This document shows positions 56,801 through 64,000 of a stretch of DNA of 64,000 nt, one piece after another (position 1 is the first letter of the stretch; the number at the start of each line of letters is the position of its first letter). This DNA is from the human T2T-CHM13v2.0 reference genome, Homo sapiens. Below the pieces are notes generated by a model, which saw nothing but the letters and a program-made list of their open reading frames with translations, made no database searches and was not told the DNA's origin. Both the position numbers and the translations under genes were made by a program. Location: assembly GCF_009914755.1 (NCBI RefSeq), contig NC_060933.1. One strand, given 5' to 3'.

Positions 56801-58800
56801 CCCGAATGGAATGGAATGTAATGGAGTGTAAGGGAAATGAATAGAATCAATCCGAATGTAATGGAATGGAATGGAACGGAATGGAAAGAAATGGAATGGA
56901 ATGGAATGGAATGGAATGCAATGGAATGGAATCAACCCGAGTGCAATCGAATGGAATCGAATGGAATGGAATGCAATGGAATGGATTCAACTTGAATGGA
57001 ATGGTAATAATGGAATCAACATGAGTGGAATGGCATGGATTTGAATGGAATGGAATGGAATAAACCCGAGTACAGGGGAATGGAATGGAATGGAATGCAA
57101 TGGAATGGAATCATCCGTAATGGAATGGAAAGGAATGGAATGGAATGGAATGGAATGGAATGGAATGGAATCAACTAGATTGCAATCGAATGGTATGGAA
57201 TGGAATTAACCCGAATAGAATGGAATGGAATGGAATGGAACGGAACGGAATGGAATGGAATGGAATGGAATGGAATGGAACGGAATGGAATGGAATGGAA
57301 TGGAATGGTACGGAATGGAATGGAATGGTGCGTAATAGAATGGAATGGAACGAATTGGAATGGAATGGAATTGAATGGAATGGAATTGAATGGAATGGAA
57401 TCAACCCGAGTGCAGTGGAATGTAATGGAACGGAATGCAATGGAATGGAATCATCCGCGATGGAATGGAATGGAATGGAATGGAACGGAATCAACCCGAG
57501 TGCAATGGAATAGAGTGGAATGGAATGGAATGGAATGTAAACAACCCGAATGGAATGGAATATAATGCAGTGTAAGGGAATTGAATGGAATCAATCCGAA
57601 TGTAATGGAATGGAGTGGAAAGGAATGGAATTGAATGGAATGGAATGGAATGGAATCAACCCGAGTGTAATGGAATGGAATCGAAAGGAATGGAACGGAA
57701 TGGAATGGATTCAACTCGATTGCAATGGAATGGAATAGAATGGAATGGAATGGAATGGAATGGAATGGAATGGAATGGAACGGAACGGAATGGAACGGAA
57801 CGGAATGGAATGGAATGCAATGGAATGGAATGGAATGGTATGGAATGGAATGGAATGGTACGGAATAGAATGGAATGGAACGAATTGGAATGGAATGGAA
57901 TTGAATGGAATGGAATGGAATCAACCCGAGTGCAGGGGAATGTAATGGAACGGAATGCAAGGGAATGGAATCATCCGGAATGGAATGGAATGGAATGGAA
58001 TCAACCCGAGTGCAATTGAATGGAGTGGAATGGAATGGAATGGAATGGAACAACCCGAATGGAATGGAATGAAATGGAGAGTAAGGGAGTTGAATAGAAG
58101 CAATCCGAATGTAATGGAATGGAATGGAACGGAATGGAATGGAATGGAATGGAAGGGAATGCAATGGAATGGAATGGAATGGAATGGACTGGAATGGAAT
58201 CAACGCGAGTGCAGGGGAATGGAATGGAATGGAATGCAATGGAATGGTATGTTCCGGAATGGAATGGAATGGAATGGAATGGAATGGAATGCAATGGATT
58301 CAACTCGATTGCAATGGAATGGAATAGAATGGAATGGAATGGAATGGAATGGAATCAACCCGAATAGAATGGAATGGAATGGAATGGAACGGAACGGAAC
58401 GGAACGGAACTGAATGGAATGGAATGCAATGGAATGGAATGGAATGGTATGGAATGGAATGGAATGGTACGGAATAGAATGGAATGGAACGAATTGGAAT
58501 GGAATGGAATCGAATGGAATGGAATGGAATCAACTCGATTTCAATGGAATGGAATAGAATAGAATGGAATGGAATTAACACGAATAGAATGGAATGGAAT
58601 GGAATGGAATGGAACGGTAAGGAATGGAATGGAATGGAATGGAATGGAACGGTAAGGAATGGAATGGAATGGAATGGAATCAACCCAAGTGCAGGGGAAT
58701 GGAATGGAATGGAATTCAGTGGAATGGAATCATCCGGAATGGAAAGGAATGGAATGGAATGGAATGGAATGGAATCAACCCGAGTGCAATGGAATGGAGA

Positions 58801-61800
58801 GGAATGGAATGGAATCAACACGAGTGCAGGGGAATGGAATGGAATGGAATGCAATGGAATGGAATCATCCGGAATGGAATGGAATGGAATGGAATGCAAA
58901 GCAATGGAATCAACTCGATTGCAATGGAATGGAATGGAATGGAAAGGAATAGAATGGAATCAACCCGACTGGAATGGAATGGAAAGGACTGGAATGGAGT
59001 GGAATGGAATGGAATGCAATGCATTCAACTCGATTGCAATGGAATGGAATAGAATGGAATGGAATGGAATGGAATGGAATGGAATTAAACCGAATAGAAT
59101 GGAATGGAATGGAATGGAACGGAACGGAACGGAAAGGAAGGGAATGGAATGGAATAGAATGGAATGCAATGGAATGGAATGGAATGGAATCAACTCGATT
59201 CCAATGGAATGGAATGGAATGGAATGGAATAGAATCGTTCCGAGTGGAATAGGAGGGAATGTATTCGAGTGGAATGGAAAGGAATGGAATCAACCAGAGT
59301 GGAATGGAAGGGAATGGAATGGAATGGAAACTAATAGAATGGAATCAACCCGAGTGGAATGGAATGGAAAGGAATGGAAAGGAATGGAATGGAATGGAAT
59401 GGAACTAACCCGAATACAATGGAATGGAATGGAATGGAACGGAATGGAGTAGAATGGAATGGAATCAACGCGAGTGCAGGGGAATGGAATGGAATGGAAT
59501 GCAATGGAATGGAATCATCCGGAATGGAATGGAATGGAATGGAATGCAAAGCAATGGAATCAACTCGATTGCAATGGAATGGAATGGAATGGAAAGGAAT
59601 AGAATGGAATCAACCCGACTGGAATGGAATGGAAAGGACTGGAATGGAGTGGAATGGAATGGAATGGAATGGAATGGAATCAACTCGATTGTAATGGAAT
59701 GGAATGGAATGGAATGGAAAAGAATTAACCCGAATAGAATGGAATGGAATGGAATGGAATGGAATGGAATGGAATAAACCCGACTGCAGGGGAATGGAAT
59801 GGAATGGAATGCAATGCAATGGATTCAACTTGAATGGAATGGAAAGAATGGAATCAAAACGAGTGGAATGGCATGGATTGGAATGGAATGGAATGGAATC
59901 AACCCGAGTACAGGGGAATGGAATGGAATGGAATGCAATGGAATGGAATCATCCGTAATGGAATGGAAAGGAATGGAATGGAATGGAATGGAATCAACTC
60001 GATTGCAATCGAATGGAATGGAATGGAATTAACCCGAATAGAATGGAATGCAATGGAATGGAACGGAACAGAACGGAATGGAATGGATTGGAATGGAATG
60101 GAATGGAATGGAATGGAACGGAAAGGAATGGAATGGAATGGAATGGAATGGAATGGAATGGAATGGAATCAACGCGAGTGCAGGGGAATGGAATGGAATG
60201 GAATGCAATGGAATGGAATCTTCCGGAATGGAATGGAATGGAATGGAATGGAATGGAATGGAATGGAATAAACCCGAGTGCAATGGAATGGAGTGGAATG
60301 GCGTGGAATGGAATGGAACAACCCGAATGGAATGGAATGTAATGGAGAGTAAGGGAGTTGAATAGAATCAATCCGAATGTAATGGAATGGAATGGAACGG
60401 AATGGAATTGAATGGAATGGAATGGAATGCAATGGAATGGAATCAACCCGAGTGCAATGGAATGTAGAGGAATGGAATGGAATGGAATGGAAACTACCCG
60501 AATGGAATGGAATGTAATGGAGTGTAAGGGAATTGAATAGAATCAATCCGAATGTAATGGAATGGAATGGAACGGAATGGAATGGAATGGAATGGAATGG
60601 AATGCAATGGAATGGAATCAACCCGACTGCAATCGAATGGAATCGAATGGAATGGAATGCAATGGAATGGATTCAACTTGAATGGAATGGAAAGAATGGA
60701 ATCAACACGAGTGGAATGGCATGGATTGGAACGGAATGGAATGGAATCAACCCGAGTACAGGGGAATGGAATGGAATGGAATGCAATGGAATGGAATCAT
60801 CCGTAATGGAATGGAAAGGAATGGAATGGAATGGAATGGAATGGAATGGAATGGAATGGAATGGAATGGAATCAACTCGATTGCAATAGAATGGAATGGA
60901 ATGGAATTAACCCGAATAGAATGGAATGGAATGGAAGGGAACGGAACGGAATGGAATGGAATGGAATGGAATGGAATGGAATGGAACGGAACAGAATGGA
61001 ACGGAATGGAATGGAATGGAATCAACGCGAGTGCAGGGGAATGGAATGGAATGGAAGGCAATGGAATGGAATTTTCCGGAATGGAATGGAATGGAATGGA
61101 GTGAAATGCAATGGATTCAACTCGATTGCAATGGATTGGAATAGAATGGAATGGAATTTAATGGAATGGAATGGAATGGAATTAACCCGAATAGAATGGA
61201 ATGGAATGGAATGGAACGGAATGGAACGGAATGGAATGGAATGGAATGGAATGGTATGGAATGGAATGGAATGGTACGGAATAGAATGGAATGGAATGAA
61301 TTGTAATGGAATGGAATTGAATGGAATGGAATGGAATGGAATGGAATCAACGCAAGTGCAGGGGAATGTAATGGAACGGAATGCAATGGAATGGAATCAT
61401 CCGGGATGGAATGGAATGGAATGGAGTGGAATGGAATGGAATCAACCCGAGTGCAATGGAATGGAGTGGAATGGAATGGAATGGAATGGACCAACCCGAA
61501 TGGAATGGAATGTAATGGAGAGTAATGGAGTTGAATAGAATCAATCCGAATGGAATGGAATGGAATGCAACCGAATGGAATGGAATGGAATGGAATGGAA
61601 TGGAATGGAATGCAATGGAATGGAATCAACCCGAGTACAATGGAATGGAATGGAATGGAATGGAATGGAATGGAATGATACGGAATAGAATGGAATGGAA
61701 CGAAATGGAATGGAATGGAATGGAATGGAATGGAATGGAATCGTTCCGAGTGGAATAGGAGGGAATGTATTCGAGTGGAATGGAAAGGAATGGAATCAAC

Positions 61801-64000
61801 CAGAGTGGAATGGAAGGGAATGGAATGGAATGGAAACTAATAGAATGGAATCAACCCGAGTGGAATGGAATGGAAAGGACTGGAATGGAATGGAATGGAA
61901 TGGAATGGAATGGAATGGAATCAACTCGATTGTAATGGAATGGAATGGAATGGAATGGAATGGAATGGAATTAACCCGAATACAATGGAATGGAATGGAA
62001 TGGAACGGAATGGAGTGGAATGGAATGGAATCAACCCGAGTGCAGGAGAATGGAATGGAATGGAATGCAACGGAATGGAATCATCCGGAATGGAATGGAA
62101 TGGAATGGAATGCAAAGCAATGGAATCAACTCGATTGCAATGGAATGGAATGGAATGGAAAGGAATACATTGGAATCAACCCGAGTGGAATGGAATGGAA
62201 AGGACAGGAATGGAGTGGAATGGAATGGAATGGAATGGAATGGAATCAACTCGATTGGAATGGAATGGAATGGAATGGAATGGAATGGAATTAACCCGAA
62301 TAGAATGGAATGGAATGGAATGGAACGGAACGGAACGGAACGGAATGGAATGGAATGGAATGGAATGGAATGGAATGGAATGGAATCAACCCGACTGCAG
62401 GGGAATGGAATGGAATGGAATGCAATGGAATGGATTCAACTTGAATGGAATGGAAAGAATGGAATCAACACGAGTGGAATGGCATGGATTGGAATGGAAT
62501 GGAATGGAATCAACCCGAGTACAGGGGAATGGAATGGAATGCAATGGAATGGAATCATCCGTAATGGAATGGAAAGGAATGGAATGGAATGGAATGGAAT
62601 GGAATGGAATGGAATGGAATGGAATGGAATCAACTCGATTGCAATCGAATGGAATGGAATGGAATTAACCCGAATAGAATGGAATGGAATGGAATGGAAC
62701 GGAATGGAATGGAATGGAATGCAATGGAATGGAATGGAACGGAACGGAATGGAATGGAATGGAATCAACGCGAGTGCAGGGGAATGGAATGGAATGGAAT
62801 GCAATGGAATGGAATCTTCCGGAATGGAATGGAATGGAATGGAATGGAATGGAATGGAGTGGAATCGAATGGAATGAAATGCAATGGATTCAACTCGATT
62901 GCAATGGAATGGAATAGAATGGAATGGAATGGAATGGAATGGAATTAATCCGAATAGAATGGAATGGAATGGAATGGAAAGGAATGGAACGGAATGGAAT
63001 GGAATGGAATGGTATGGAATGGAATGGAATGGTACGGAATAGAATGGAATGGAACGAATTGTAATGCAATGGAATTGAATGGAATGGAATGGAATGGAAT
63101 GGAATCAACGCGAGTGCAGGGGAATGTAATGGAACGGAATGCAATGGAATGGAATCATCCGGAATGGAATGGAATGGAATGGAATGGAATGGAATCAACC
63201 CGAGTGCAATGGAATGGAGTGGAATGGAATGGAATGGAATGGAACAACCCGAATGGAATGGAATGTAATGGAGAGTAAGGGAGTTGAATAGAATCAATCC
63301 GAATGTAATGGAATGGAATGCAACGGAATGGAATGGAATGGAATGGAATGGAATGCAATGGAATGGAATCAACCCGAGTACAACGGAATGGAATGGAATG
63401 GAATGGAATGGAATGGAATGGAATGAAATGCAATGATACGGAATAGAATGGAATGGAACGAAATGGAATGGAATGGAATGGAATGGACTGGAATGGAATG
63501 GAATGGAATCGATCCAAGTGGAATATGAGGGAATGTATTCGAGTGGAATGGAAAGGAATGGAATCAACCAGAGTGGAATGGAAGGGAATGGAATGGAATG
63601 GAAACTAATAGAATGGAATCAACCCGAGTGGAATGGAATGGAAAGCACTGGAATGGAATGGAATGGAACGGAATCAACTCGATTGTAATGGAATGGAATG
63701 GAATGGAATGGAATGGAATGGAATGGAGTGGAAAGGAATGGAATCAACACGAGTGCAGGGGAATGGAATGGAATGGAATGAAATGGAATGGAATCATCCG
63801 GAATGGAATGGAATGGAATGGAATGCAAAGCAATGGAATCAACTCGATTGCAATGGAAAGGAATGGAATGGAAAGGAATACATTGGAATCAACCCGACTG
63901 GAATGGAATGGAAAAGACTGGAATGGAGTGGAATGGAATGGAATGGAATGGAATGGAATCAACTCGATTGGAATGGAATGGAATGGAATGGAATGGAAAA
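58801..64000 (+). repeat. HSat3 sub-domain A' (return to the A dialect)
   Basis: GCAAAGCAAT reappears (58896, 59546, 62112, 63825), as do the AGGAGG cassette (59236, 61742, degenerate at 63510) and GGAATACATT (62162, ~63875). Confidence 0.8.

Larger units (their letters stand above)
22901..58800 (+). repeat. HSat3 sub-domain B (contains an A-type island at ~39.0-40.1 kb)
   Basis: Diagnostic variants not seen in A: GTAAACAAC(C/A)CGAAT...ATA(A/C)T-GGAGTGTAAGGGAATTGAATGGAAT, CGAAAGGAATGGAAA, CAACACCAAT, GTACAGAAC, GGTGCGG, TAACACGAAT, CGATTCCAAT, GGTATGTTCC and GAATTCAGT. No GCAAAGCAAT was seen between 20.2 and 58.8 kb. Boundaries are approximate. Confidence 0.8.
1..64000 (+). repeat. Satellite III (HSat3) array, (GGAAT)n/(ATTCC)n with interspersed CAACCCGAGT-type decamers; pericentromeric heterochromatin
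   Basis: Seen: GGAAT dominates every line from start to end, with recurrent CAACCCGAGT, CAACTCGATT and TAACCCGAAT interruptions. Established: long perfect GGAAT runs with the CAACCCGA(G/A)T decamer characterise human/hominoid satellite 3, whereas satellite 2 is more degenerate and rich in CATCATCGAAT. The G-rich strand is + throughout. Confidence 0.98.

Noticed and set aside
3801-63560. AGGAGG followed by ATG in the recurrent cassette, resembling a Shine-Dalgarno plus start (ORFs 'MYSSGMERNG...')
   Set aside because: It is an in-register degenerate pentamer (AGGAG-GGAAT-GTATT) in eukaryotic satellite DNA, the spacing to the ATG is too short, and the downstream frame is satellite.
97-63760. 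G-quadruplex potential at CAGGGG motifs
   Set aside because: The G4 runs are isolated and usually more than 100 bp apart, so there is no canonical four-tract motif. Non-canonical GGA-pairing hairpins of (GGAAT)n are a known generic property, not specific to this window.
7-63962. Hundreds of ORFs encoding MEWNG repeats (+) or FHSIP repeats (-), up to 348 aa (e.g. 8517-9563, 31749-32714, 58484-59452)
   Set aside because: (GGAAT)n has no stop codon in any of six frames and an ATG every 5 bp, so long overlapping ORFs are expected by construction. There is no unique domain or gene structure. The + peptide matches the poly-WNGME product described for (TGGAA)n expansions in SCA31, but nothing here shows translation.
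1-64000. CRISPR-like alternation of conserved motifs and spacers
   Set aside because: The 'spacers' are GGAAT runs rather than unique sequence, their lengths vary, and there are no cas genes or leader.
1-64000. Inversion, transposon insertion (Alu/L1/LTR) or unique-sequence island
   Set aside because: I saw no (ATTCC)n on the + strand, no poly-A tail, no target-site duplication and no non-satellite stretch.
1-64000. Satellite II, alpha satellite, telomeric repeat or Y-specific DYZ1
   Set aside because: There is no CATCATCGAAT-rich HSat2 pattern, no 171-bp monomer or CENP-B box, no TTAGGG, and no ~3.5 kb DYZ1-type period.
1-64000. A defined SatIII lncRNA gene with boundaries
   Set aside because: SatIII transcription is established for the family, but no start site, terminator or transcript limit can be read from this sequence.

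Overview
The whole 64 kb window is one uninterrupted, single-orientation array of classical human-type satellite III (HSat3). It consists of (GGAAT)n on the + strand, punctuated by CAACCCGAGT-family decamers and a small set of variant cassettes. I see no credible protein-coding gene, RNA gene, transposon, CRISPR array or unique sequence. All ORFs in the track are artefacts of the stop-free pentamer. The array is highly structured. Two sequence dialects form an A (1-~22.9 kb), B (~23-58.8 kb, with an A-type island at ~39-40.1 kb), A' (~58.8-64 kb) layout. A young five-copy ~2.76 kb higher-order repeat lies at 25,167-38,995, and its copies show a four-gamete recombination signature. Several longer-range duplications occur at offsets of ~1.67, 2.0, 3.1, 7.5-8.4, 16.9 and 44.8 kb. 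The most interesting functional signal is about 34 perfect nGAAn-nTTCn-nGAAn heat-shock elements (GGAAT-CTTCC/TTTCC/CTTCT-GGAAT) lying in the pentamer register. A module matching my recollection of the chr9 SatIII (pHuR98) primer sequence suggests 9q12-type HSat3, but this is unverified. All counts and alignments were made by eye and should be confirmed computationally. I found no evidence of a new gene-based system.
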